Part shown: in pieces, positions 25,691-33,836 of the stretch
Layout of the letters: each line of letters opens with the position of its first letter
Numbering within the stretch: position 1 is the first letter of the stretch
Source of the DNA: Candidatus Dadabacteria bacterium
GTDB lineage: Bacteria > Desulfobacterota_D > UBA1144 > Nemesobacterales > CSP1-2
NCBI GenBank assembly: GCA_023250035.1
Contig: JAHFBK010000003.1
Coordinates: 1-43,917 of the forward strand
DNA: 43,917 nt
Reading direction: 5' to 3'
Notes under the pieces: model-generated
Told to the model about the DNA's origin: nothing
What the model saw: the letters and a program-made list of their open reading frames with translations, nothing else
Databases searched by the model: none
Program-made: the position numbers and the translations under genes

Positions 25691-26972
25691 CGAAGCTCAG
25701 GAATTTTTGGGCTCTGAAAGAATTAGAGAAATGTTCAAGCACTTTGGCATAGAGGGTGCTTCATTAAGAGCTCCATCTCCTAGATTGGAAGAGATACTAA
25801 TCAAAGTAAGCTCAGGTGAAACAATCAATAGAGAAGATGCCTTATTCCTTATGAATTTAGGTAGGAATGAGATAGCTTTCTTAGTTCTCGCAGCATCAGA
25901 AGTTAGGGAGAGAGGCAAGAATAAAACGGTTACATTCTCTAAGAACGTGTTTGTACCTCTAACAAGACTATGTCGTGACCACTGTGGTTACTGCACATTT
26001 AGGATTGAGCCTCAGGAAGGAGAGCTTTTTGTTCCGCCCGAAGAGGTTATAAATGCAGCAAGGGAAGGGGCAAGTGTTGGTTGTACAGAATTACTTTTTG
26101 TAACTGGGGATAAGCCTGAGCTTGTCTATACTGTCTATCGTGATGCGCTTGCAAGATTAGGATACAAAACTACCGCAGAGTATTTGGTGGCCATGTCTGA
26201 GGCTGTACTCAAAGAGAATATTTTTCCACACACAAACCTTGGTATTGCAAATCATGATGAACTCTCTGCACTTAGAGAATCAAATGCAAGCATGGGGCTT
26301 ATGCTTGAGAACATAAGCCCAAGGCTTCTTCAGAAGGGTGAGGCCCACTACCGTTCTCCCGACAAGGTGCCTAAGCTCAGGATTAGGACAATGGAGTATG
26401 CAGGAGAGCTAAGGATTGCATGGACATCCGGCATTCTTGTAGGTATAGGAGAAACCTTAGAAGAGAGGGCAGATTCCCTTTTTGCTATAAAGAGGCTCTC
26501 TCAGGATTATGGCCATATTCAGGAGATAATTATTCAGAACTTCAGCCCAAAGCCGGGAATTCGTATGGAATTGCACCCAGTTCCGACTTTTCTTGATATG
26601 CTTAAAACTGTGGGGATTTCAAGGCTAATTTTTGGTGAAAAGATGAATATTCAAGTACCCCCTAATCTTAATCCCAAAGCGTTTCCTCTTCTTGTTCTGG
26701 CTGGGGCTAACGATCTGGGTGGGGTATCCCCAATGACGATTGATTATGTAAATCCTGAGGCTCCCTGGCCCCAGGTAGAAAGGATGGAGAGAATATTAAA
26801 CGAACTTGACTTAAATCTTAAAGAAAGACTTCCTATTTACCCTGAGTTTATTAGTGAGGAGTTTTTAGATAGAAGGGTTTTAGAGCGGATGACAAAGGTT
26901 ATTGACTCTTCGGGTTATGTAGCACAGGAGGTGCACAATGGAAATGGAAGAGGTAAAACAAAGGATAGTTGA
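25674..26972 (+). CDS. cofG: FO (7,8-didemethyl-8-hydroxy-5-deazariboflavin) synthase subunit 1, radical SAM
   Basis: 432 aa with NVFVPLTRLCRDHCGYCTF (CxxxCxxC) and a GDKPE motif. It overlaps cofE by 17 nt. The start is uncertain; Met20 is an alternative. Confidence 0.8.
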   Translation: MTSFVNEAQEFLGSERIREMFKHFGIEGASLRAPSPRLEEILIKVSSGETINREDALFLMNLGRNEIAFLVLAASEVRERGKNKTVTFSKNVFVPLTRLCRDHCGYCTFRIEPQEGELFVPPEEVINAAREGASVGCTELLFVTGDKPELVYTVYRDALARLGYKTTAEYLVAMSEAVLKENIFPHTNLGIANHDELSALRESNASMGLMLENISPRLLQKGEAHYRSPDKVPKLRIRTMEYAGELRIAWTSGILVGIGETLEERADSLFAIKRLSQDYGHIQEIIIQNFSPKPGIRMELHPVPTFLDMLKTVGISRLIFGEKMNIQVPPNLNPKAFPLLVLAGANDLGGVSPMTIDYVNPEAPWPQVERMERILNELDLNLKERLPIYPEFISEEFLDRRVLERMTKVIDSSGYVAQEVHNGNGRGKTKDS

Positions 26973-28140
26973 GAATAGATCTCTCGGATTAGATGCGCTT
27001 ATTTCAAAGGTTAATGGAAGAACAGCGGAGATCATTAATAAATCCTTTAACGGATATGAAATATCTGTGGAGGAAGGAGAACACCTTTTTAACATTGATG
27101 ATATAGATGAGTTATCTCTTCTTGCAATTGCCGCAGATGAGATGAGGCGTGAGGATGTAGGTGATGTCATTACTTATGTGATAAATAGGAATATAAACTT
27201 CACCAATATATGTGACACATGGTGTGGCTTCTGTAACTTCATGGCGCCAGAGGGTGATGAGAGGGCTTATTTTCTAACTATGGAAGAGATTGCAGAAAAA
27301 ACAAAAGAGGCACGCGAGTTAGGCGCAACAGAGGTTTGTATGCAGGGCGGAATGCATCCTGATATAGATGGAAGATTTTACGTTGAGCTTATTAAGACGG
27401 TAAAGAAAGCCGTGCCAGATATGCACACGCATGCGTTTTCTCCATTCGAGATTTATTATGGGGCTAAGACCCTTGACATAAGCGAAGAGGATTTTATAGA
27501 GATGCTTAAGGACGTTGGACATAACACCTTCCCCGGCACTGCCGCTGAGATTCTAGATGAGGAGGTAAGAACGATAATTGCGCCTAGAAAGATCCCTACA
27601 GAGGTTTGGATACGAGTAGTGAAGAAGGCTCACAAAGCTGGGATGAGGACAACATCAACTATAATGTATGGACATGTAGACAAGCCCTACCATTGGGCTA
27701 AACACATCGGTGTTTTGAGGGATATTCAAAAGGAGACAGGTGGCTTTACTGAGTTTGTTCCATTAAGGTTTATTCCATGGAAGACAAGGCTTTATAGAAA
27801 ATCTAAGGGTAAGGTGAGGCCTGGTCCAACAGACCTTGATCAGCTAAAGATGTATGGTGTTTCAAGACTCATGCTTCGTGGATGGATTAACAACATCCAG
27901 GTCTCATGGGTAAAACAGGGCCCTGAGTTTGCACAGTTTTCACTTACTGCAGGTGCAAATGATTTTGGTGGAACATTGATGGAGGAGCATATCTCAAGGG
28001 CAGCCGGAGCAGAGCACGGACAATATTTCCCACCTGAGGAGTTTCGTCGCCTTACAAGGGGGATTGGACGCATTCCCGCTCAGAGGTCAACCACTTATGA
28101 TATAATAAAGACATTTAGTAGGGAGGAAGTGGAAGAATAA
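26938..28140 (+). CDS. cofH: FO synthase subunit 2, radical SAM
   Basis: 400 aa with VINRNINFTNICDTWCGFCNF. AGGAGG lies 7 nt upstream. It overlaps the cofG end by 35 nt. Confidence 0.85.
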   Translation: MEMEEVKQRIVENRSLGLDALISKVNGRTAEIINKSFNGYEISVEEGEHLFNIDDIDELSLLAIAADEMRREDVGDVITYVINRNINFTNICDTWCGFCNFMAPEGDERAYFLTMEEIAEKTKEARELGATEVCMQGGMHPDIDGRFYVELIKTVKKAVPDMHTHAFSPFEIYYGAKTLDISEEDFIEMLKDVGHNTFPGTAAEILDEEVRTIIAPRKIPTEVWIRVVKKAHKAGMRTTSTIMYGHVDKPYHWAKHIGVLRDIQKETGGFTEFVPLRFIPWKTRLYRKSKGKVRPGPTDLDQLKMYGVSRLMLRGWINNIQVSWVKQGPEFAQFSLTAGANDFGGTLMEEHISRAAGAEHGQYFPPEEFRRLTRGIGRIPAQRSTTYDIIKTFSREEVEE

Positions 28141-29342
28141 TGAGTGAAGCTGTTCCAGTCGAGTTTAATAAGACATTTAACAGGATGATGAATGAGGTCG
28201 TTGCGCTTGGAAGCTGTTGTGGCTGTTCTATGTGTGTTGTCACATGTCCTTATGGGGTTATTAAGTACGACCATCAATCAATGTTCCCCTATGTGGCAAA
28301 ACCAAAAGGGGATTTTGATTATTGCCCTATAAGTGAAGAGGTTGGCTGCGATGTCTGTGCAAACGCTTGTGAGAGATTAGGACCGGAGCACATGAAGCCA
28401 ATAAAGCCTGAAGAGCTTGATGTTCACGTGTTTGGAAGAGCAAGGCGTGAAGATGAATACTATGGCGTTACACGGTTCATATGCGCAGCAAGGAGCACCA
28501 ACCCGAATGTGGTTGCAAACGCTGAGGACGGCGGGGCTGTAACCGAGATTCTTAAATGTGCTTTTGAAGAAGGGATAATTGACGGTGCAGCAGTGGCTGC
28601 CCCTTCAGATAAGATGTGGCTTGAGCCTGTGCCAAAGGTTGTTAAGAGCGTTGATGAGCTTATACAAACAACAAAATCCTGGTACACATATTGTGCAACT
28701 CCTTTGGCTCTTAAAGAGGCTGTAGATAAGCATAAGCTCAGTAAATTAGCCTTAGTTGGGGTTTCATGCGAGGTGTCGGGATATGGGACGACGGTAGGAG
28801 CGGACAGTAGCTTCATCGCTGCTGAACGAGGTGAAAAAAACGTAGAGAGGCAGAATAAACACCTCAAGCAGTATGTAGATGCAGTTCAGTTCACAATAGG
28901 GCTTCTCTGCACAGAGACCTTTGTTTTTGATGGGTTTATCCACGAGTATCTTCAAGACAAGGTTGGAATAGATCCTCAAGATGTTGTCAAGGTAAATGTG
29001 AAAGGTAAGGTAGTTACAGACATAAAAGATGGGACAAGGATTGAAACTCCACTCATTGAGGCTAGGGTTTATCAGAGACACCAGTGCAATTATTGCGGTG
29101 ACTTTAGCGCTGAGCATGCGGATATTTCAGCAGGCGGTGTCGGTTCGGACGGGTGGACAATACTTATTTTAAGGTCTGAAAGAGGGGAGAGGATTTTTAA
29201 ACGCACGATTGAAAAGGGCTATCTTGAGGTTAGACCTGCATCTGAGTTCGAGCGATCTATGAAGGTATTAAAAAGGCTTACTGAAACACAGAGAAAAAGG
29301 GCAGACGAGCAGTATGTTTCGATCGGGAGTTTGAGGAGATAA
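28140..29342 (+). CDS. FrhB/FdhB-family coenzyme F420-dependent oxidoreductase subunit with an N-terminal 2x[4Fe-4S] ferredoxin-like region
   Basis: 400 aa with Cys clusters CCGCSMCVVTCP and CPISEEVGCDVCANACE, then FrhB-type N and C domains (AEDGGAVT..., LCTETF, CNYCGDFSAEHADISAGG). Its start overlaps the cofH stop (TAATG). Confidence 0.7.
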   Translation: MSEAVPVEFNKTFNRMMNEVVALGSCCGCSMCVVTCPYGVIKYDHQSMFPYVAKPKGDFDYCPISEEVGCDVCANACERLGPEHMKPIKPEELDVHVFGRARREDEYYGVTRFICAARSTNPNVVANAEDGGAVTEILKCAFEEGIIDGAAVAAPSDKMWLEPVPKVVKSVDELIQTTKSWYTYCATPLALKEAVDKHKLSKLALVGVSCEVSGYGTTVGADSSFIAAERGEKNVERQNKHLKQYVDAVQFTIGLLCTETFVFDGFIHEYLQDKVGIDPQDVVKVNVKGKVVTDIKDGTRIETPLIEARVYQRHQCNYCGDFSAEHADISAGGVGSDGWTILILRSERGERIFKRTIEKGYLEVRPASEFERSMKVLKRLTETQRKRADEQYVSIGSLRR

Positions 29343-29350
29343 AATTTTTG

Positions 29351-29375
29351 TAGAGGCGACCCGCCGGGTCGTCTA
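29351..29375. repeat. degenerate REP-like hairpin directly after the frhB-like stop (possible terminator)
   Basis: TAGAGGCGACCC-GCC-GGGTCGTCTA, related to TAGGGGCGACC-GGCA-GGTCGCCCCTA at 32323-32348. Confidence 0.5.
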
Positions 29376-29395
29376 AATCTAAAACACCATATTTA

Positions 29396-29696
29396 AATAG
29401 TGACAGACACTATTTTAATATTTTCTCCCCTTTTCCAAAGGGGAGCTAGAGGGGATTTTAAAGCTCCTTTTTTTCAAAGAATGGTTGAGGATTCAAATCT
29501 CCCTAAATCCCTCTTTAACAAAGAGGGACTTAACATCCTCCCCTTTTTATAATAGGGTGTATAGACCGGGGAGCTAGAGGGGATTTTAAAGCTCCTTTTT
29601 TTCAAAGAATGGTTGAGGATTCAAATCTCCCTAAATCCCTCTTTAACAAAGAGGGACTTAATATTCTCCCCCGAAAATATTGACAGACACTATTTT
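29396..29696. repeat. composite about 300 bp repeat region: two about 95 bp direct repeats bracketed by a duplicated 16-mer
   Basis: 29450-29544 and 29568-29662 are near-identical (period 118 bp; they differ only near the 3' end, TAACATCCTCCCC vs TAATATTCTCCCC). TGACAGACACTATTTT occurs at 29401-29416 and 29681-29696. Internal hairpins are CTCCCCTTT-TCC-AAAGGGGAG, GGAGCT..AGCTCC followed by T7, and CCCTCTTT-AACA-AAGAGGG. Confidence 0.8.
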
Positions 29697-29766
29697 TTTA
29701 CAATGCCATCAATAGGGAATTAAAGAAAGTTATTATCAAAAACCCCTTGTCGGATTATCTTGCATT

Positions 29767-30501
29767 TTAGCAATAATAAATTTCATCTTTTACCAAACCA
29801 CCAATCACAAGTATAGAAACAAGCTCCCTGATAACATCTTTTGGTAACGAGCTTTTCTCTAAGTCTCTAACAGTCTTTTCAATATCGTATCTTACCCTTT
29901 TTATAATTGCTTTCCCGTCTTCGATGACTGCGTAAGAGGCCCTTGGATTATAGTCCCTTGGCTGTCCCACTGAACCTGGATTTAAAACAGTTACTCTCCC
30001 TAGCTGTCTTATGAAGGGTTTATGAGAATGGCCTACAAGTATAAAGTCTGTATCGGTTTCTCCAAATTCATTCTCAATTTCTAATTCTTCAATATCTGAG
30101 GTTATGCTTCTGTAAAGCCTATCTTTATTTGAACCATGCATGAAATGGAACTTTAACCCGTCAAGTGTTGCGTGGTTTTCGAAAGGGAGCCTCCTTAGAA
30201 AACCAACCTCGTCGCTTGCGATTAAGCCTTCTCCCCATTCTCGTGTTTTCATGGATAATTCTCTAAGATCTAATGAGCACCCGCATCCGATACCATAGGC
30301 AAGAGCATGGTCATGATCTCCTCTAACACCCCAGAAATGGTTTGTTGATGAATCCATGAGAAACCTGACACACTTCCTTGGATTTGGTCCAAAATCAACC
30401 ACATCTCCTAGGAAGATGAGAGCATCGTAACTTTCCTTAGTCAATATAGCTTCTAGTGCGTACCAGTTAGCGTGTATGTCTGAAAGTACTAGGATTTTCA
30501 T
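29767..30501 (-). CDS. metallophosphoesterase (YfcE/MJ0936-like)
   Basis: 244 aa with LSDIHAN, GDVVDFGP, GDHDH, MHGS and GHSH motifs. Confidence 0.8.
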   Translation of the reverse strand: MKILVLSDIHANWYALEAILTKESYDALIFLGDVVDFGPNPRKCVRFLMDSSTNHFWGVRGDHDHALAYGIGCGCSLDLRELSMKTREWGEGLIASDEVGFLRRLPFENHATLDGLKFHFMHGSNKDRLYRSITSDIEELEIENEFGETDTDFILVGHSHKPFIRQLGRVTVLNPGSVGQPRDYNPRASYAVIEDGKAIIKRVRYDIEKTVRDLEKSSLPKDVIRELVSILVIGGLVKDEIYYC

Positions 30502-30603
30502 ATGGTGGTATTCTATCCTTAGTTTATTAACGGAGTATTAAGAAAAAGTTAAGATAGTGTTAGTTGAGAAATTTGTATTTTCTGGACTTAACCGTCCTGA
30601 ACA

Positions 30604-31485
30604 TTATCTAAAGATGCTTGTGTTATCATGAAAATAAATAATTATGGCTGTTGCTATAATCCAAAGAAGTACGCAAGTAAATAGCCATTTATCTTTAAGA
30701 AGCGCTTCAGTAGGGTCCCCGCTAGTGTCCGTCTGAACAAGATACATATAACGAAGAACCCCATAGCACACAAATGGGACAGTAATAACGAAAGCTCTAG
30801 GCCCTCTTTCTACGGCATATAGCGAATAGGTCACAATTGCTGTCGTAGCAAATATGCTTAGCGCAGTATCGAGAAAATTCATTCTGTATTTAGCTAGAAC
30901 CCTTCTAAACATAGTCGAGTTATCTAGTGACACAAGCTCAAAACGCCTCTTTCCAAAAGCTAGGAGTAGAGAGAGTAGAAATGTTGTAAGAAATAGCCAG
31001 CTTGAAACCTCTATCCCAGAAGCCTCTCCTCCAGCGCCGATTCTAAAAACAAATCCGAGAGCGATGCAAATGGCGTCTAAAATCACTATGTGCTGGAGAA
31101 AGAGTGAATATGCAATATTAAGTATCAGGTAGAGAATTATTATTAAAATAAAGCCTTCTCCAAATCTTAAAGAAAGCCCCATTGATAAGATAAAGGTTAA
31201 TAAAAGCAATATAATTGACATGCCAACGCTTACACTTCCAGAAGCTATTGGGCGGAATTTCTTTATAGGGTGAAGTCGGTCGGTTCTCAGATCAAAAAGG
31301 TCGTTAATAATGTATCCTGTAGAGGAAGCAAATGAAAAAGCAAAGAATGCCTGAACCATTTTAAAGAAGATAGTTGGATCTGCGAGAAACGCCCCTCCGA
31401 AAAAGGGCGGAGCTATAATGAGTAGGTTTTTTATCCACTGATGAGGCCTAAGAAGACGAATATAATCTATAAATGGAATTTCCAT
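30604..31485 (-). CDS. UbiA-family prenyltransferase, decaprenyl-phosphate phosphoribosyltransferase-like
   Basis: 293 aa multi-pass membrane protein with N-terminal YIRLLRPHQWIKNLLIIAPPFF and NDLFDLRTDRLHP (the NDxxDxxxD motif). Confidence 0.7.
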   Translation of the reverse strand: MEIPFIDYIRLLRPHQWIKNLLIIAPPFFGGAFLADPTIFFKMVQAFFAFSFASSTGYIINDLFDLRTDRLHPIKKFRPIASGSVSVGMSIILLLLTFILSMGLSLRFGEGFILIIILYLILNIAYSLFLQHIVILDAICIALGFVFRIGAGGEASGIEVSSWLFLTTFLLSLLLAFGKRRFELVSLDNSTMFRRVLAKYRMNFLDTALSIFATTAIVTYSLYAVERGPRAFVITVPFVCYGVLRYMYLVQTDTSGDPTEALLKDKWLFTCVLLWIIATAIIIYFHDNTSIFR

Positions 31486-32235
31486 TTGGGTATCATTCTA
31501 CTGTTTTTAGTAGTTATATCAACGAGTTTTATTGTCTCTAGGTATATTAATTATATGAACGATGCTAAAAAGCACATAATCATAATAGCTCATCGCGGCG
31601 CAAGTGCTTATGAGCCTGAAAATACCCTTCGCTCCTTTAAAAGAGCCTTTGAATTAGGAGCGGATATGATAGAGTTTGATGTACGGCTCTCCCGCGATAG
31701 GCATCTTGTAATCATGCACGATGAAAAGGTAGATAGAACAACAAGTGGAGAAGGTCTGGTGAAAGATAAAACAGTTAGCGAACTAAAAAAGCTCGATGCA
31801 GGAATGGGAGAAAGCGTTCCCACACTCGAGGAAGTAATCGCTCTTGGAAAAGGGAAGATAGGGTTTGTAATTGAACTAAAAGAGCCAGGAACGGAAGAAG
31901 GCGTAATAAGTTTGATAAAAGAGAACGACCAAATTGAACATGTCTTTATCGTGTCTTTCAATCAGAATTTGCTAAAAAGAGTAAAGGAGTTAGAGTTGAA
32001 AGTAAAAACAGGTCTTATTCTTCTTTCCTCTACTGATCCAATAAGGCTAGCCAAAGAATGTCGAGCAGATGCGGTTGCCCCTTTTCACGATTTCATAACG
32101 GTGGATTTAATAGAAAAGGCACATCAAAACAACTTAAAAATAATCACATGGACGGTTGATAATCGAGGGGAGGCTGAGTCACTGAGAGAAGCTGGAATTG
32201 ATGGTATAGTTACGAATAAACCTGATATATTGTAG
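31441..32235 (+). CDS. glycerophosphodiester phosphodiesterase, probably membrane-anchored
   Basis: 264 aa with IIAHRGAS..ENTL, MIEFDVRLSRD, HDE and VTNKPD. The N-terminal hydrophobic stretch HLGIILLFLVVISTSFIV is present only if the start is 31441, which overlaps the divergent UbiA gene by 45 nt. The alternative Met is at 31555. Confidence 0.75.
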   Translation: MRPKKTNIIYKWNFHLGIILLFLVVISTSFIVSRYINYMNDAKKHIIIIAHRGASAYEPENTLRSFKRAFELGADMIEFDVRLSRDRHLVIMHDEKVDRTTSGEGLVKDKTVSELKKLDAGMGESVPTLEEVIALGKGKIGFVIELKEPGTEEGVISLIKENDQIEHVFIVSFNQNLLKRVKELELKVKTGLILLSSTDPIRLAKECRADAVAPFHDFITVDLIEKAHQNNLKIITWTVDNRGEAESLREAGIDGIVTNKPDIL

Positions 32236-32272
32236 GTGCGTATTGATTATATTTGACTTATGTATGCTAATT

Positions 32273-32302
32273 GTAGGGGTTTGTGATTAATCAAACCCCT
32301 AC
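32273..32302. repeat. REP-like palindrome GTAGGGGTTTG-TGATTAAT-CAAACCCCTAC
   Basis: 11 bp perfect stem with an 8 nt loop and a GTAG/CTAC frame. Confidence 0.75.
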
Positions 32303-32322
32303 CAGATATATTGGCATCTTGC

Positions 32323-32348
32323 TAGGGGCGACCGGCAGGTCGCCCCTA
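32323..32348. repeat. REP-like palindrome TAGGGGCGACC-GGCA-GGTCGCCCCTA
   Basis: 11 bp perfect stem with a 4 nt loop, 20 bp from the previous hairpin, upstream of cysE. Confidence 0.75.
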
Positions 32349-32400
32349 CAATCTTCCTTGACTTAAGCTCCTTTGGTCTTTATCTTTATTCACAAGATAA

Positions 32401-33096
32401 ATGGAGATTTTTAAGGAGATTAGGTCAGATTTTAATGCGGTTTTTGAAAGAGACCCCGCTGCTAGAAGCTCCATTGAAGTAATATTTGCCTACCCTGGGT
32501 TTCATGCAATATTTCTCCATCGCATTGCCCACTGGTTATGGAATAATCATTTGAGGTTTCTTGCCAGGTTTTTGTCGCACATTTCACGTTTTCTTACCGG
32601 CGTTGAAATTCATCCAGGGGCTAGAATCGGAAAGGGTTTTTTTATTGACCACGGAATGGGGGTTGTGATTGGCGAGACGTCTGAGATCGGTGATAATGTC
32701 ACGATCTATCACGGAGTCACATTAGGTGGAACCAGCTTCAGTAGAGGAAAGCGCCATCCAACAATTGAAAGCAATGTCACTATTGGAGCAGGTGCTAAAA
32801 TATTAGGTCCCCTTACTGTTGGTTCAAACAGTAAAATAGGGGCAAACTCAGTTGTAATAGTGGATGTGCCGCCGAGTTCTACTGTTGTAGGCGTCCCTGG
32901 TAAAACTGTTCTTAAAGAGGAATTCCCAGTTTATCCCGACCTTGAACATAATAAGCTTCCTGACCCCGAAGAGCGTGCTATCCAATCCCTTATAGAACAG
33001 GTAAAGGAACTTGAAAAGCGCATCAATTCCCTTGAAAATGACCTAGAAAAGACCAAAGAAGAAAATAGAGTCCTTCAAGTAGTAAAAACAAAGTGA
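32401..33096 (+). CDS. cysE: serine O-acetyltransferase
   Basis: 231 aa with DPAARS, left-handed hexapeptide repeats ([38 protein letters not shown]), and a C-terminal coiled extension. Confidence 0.85.
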   Translation: MEIFKEIRSDFNAVFERDPAARSSIEVIFAYPGFHAIFLHRIAHWLWNNHLRFLARFLSHISRFLTGVEIHPGARIGKGFFIDHGMGVVIGETSEIGDNVTIYHGVTLGGTSFSRGKRHPTIESNVTIGAGAKILGPLTVGSNSKIGANSVVIVDVPPSSTVVGVPGKTVLKEEFPVYPDLEHNKLPDPEERAIQSLIEQVKELEKRINSLENDLEKTKEENRVLQVVKTK

Positions 33097-33131
33097 AAAA
33101 CAATTTATATAGGAATTCACGGAATTAAAAC

Positions 33132-33515
33132 ATGTTCGAATTTCTCAAGGATAGAGGTCTGCGTTTCTATGACGAAGCTAGGGGAGATTTTGAAAAGGGG
33201 TATTATGATTTTTGCCTGTTTCATTCTGAACAGATGGTACAGCTTCTACTTAAGTATCTTATAGCGGTTAAGATAGATGACTTTCCTCGTATCCATTCAG
33301 TTTCACGACTATTTAAAGAAGTAGCAAATCTTTATGGACAGGGGGTAATGGACTTTTACAGGGATAATATCTCTATAATAACAGCGCTTGAAGAGGCATA
33401 CGTTGGTGCGAGATACATTGATATAGAGTTTGATAAAGAAATAGCAGCACAGGTTTTAGATTTTGGGGAAAGGTTTTTGAAGATGGTTGAGGAGATAAGA
33501 TCTCGTGGACATTGA
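33132..33515 (+). CDS. HEPN domain protein
   Basis: 127 aa all-helical protein with the pattern ...A..DF..G.YDFCLFHSEQ..QL.LK...HS...L....EEAYVGARY typical of PF05168-type HEPN. I did not find a clear Rx4-6H motif. Confidence 0.65.
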   Translation: MFEFLKDRGLRFYDEARGDFEKGYYDFCLFHSEQMVQLLLKYLIAVKIDDFPRIHSVSRLFKEVANLYGQGVMDFYRDNISIITALEEAYVGARYIDIEFDKEIAAQVLDFGERFLKMVEEIRSRGH

Positions 33516-33828
33516 AACCCTTACAAATTATGAACGTTATAGAACAAACTGGAAGAAATATGTATCTCAGATAAAATCCGAGGTTATAAAGCTTTGCTCA
33601 GATACAGAGGTATATATTTTTGGTTCCGTCGTTAAAGGAAACACCCATCCAACAAGCGATATAGATGTGCTTTTAGTTTCGGTTGAGTTTAAAAATATAA
33701 AAAAGAGAATTGAGACTCATTCAAAGTTAAAATTATTGTTTCTTGATGCACCCTTTGAGTTTCATCTCATATACCCGGAGAAATTCCCCTTTTACAAGAA
33801 GATGGCAAAGGAGATGGTAAAGATTTAA
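33505..33828 (+). CDS. minimal nucleotidyltransferase (MNT) domain protein
   Basis: 107 aa with the GSVVKGNTHPTSDIDVLLV signature (GSx10-ishDxD). GTG start overlaps the HEPN gene by 11 nt. Confidence 0.7.
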   Translation: MDIETLTNYERYRTNWKKYVSQIKSEVIKLCSDTEVYIFGSVVKGNTHPTSDIDVLLVSVEFKNIKKRIETHSKLKLLFLDAPFEFHLIYPEKFPFYKKMAKEMVKI

Positions 33829-33836
33829 TAGTTCTA

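Noticed and set aside
29450-29662. Possible CRISPR array, since there are repeated units with a short unique spacer.
   Set aside because: There are only two repeats, each about 95 bp (far longer than CRISPR repeats), with one 23 bp spacer. No cas genes or leader are present. I treat it as a duplicated miniature element instead.
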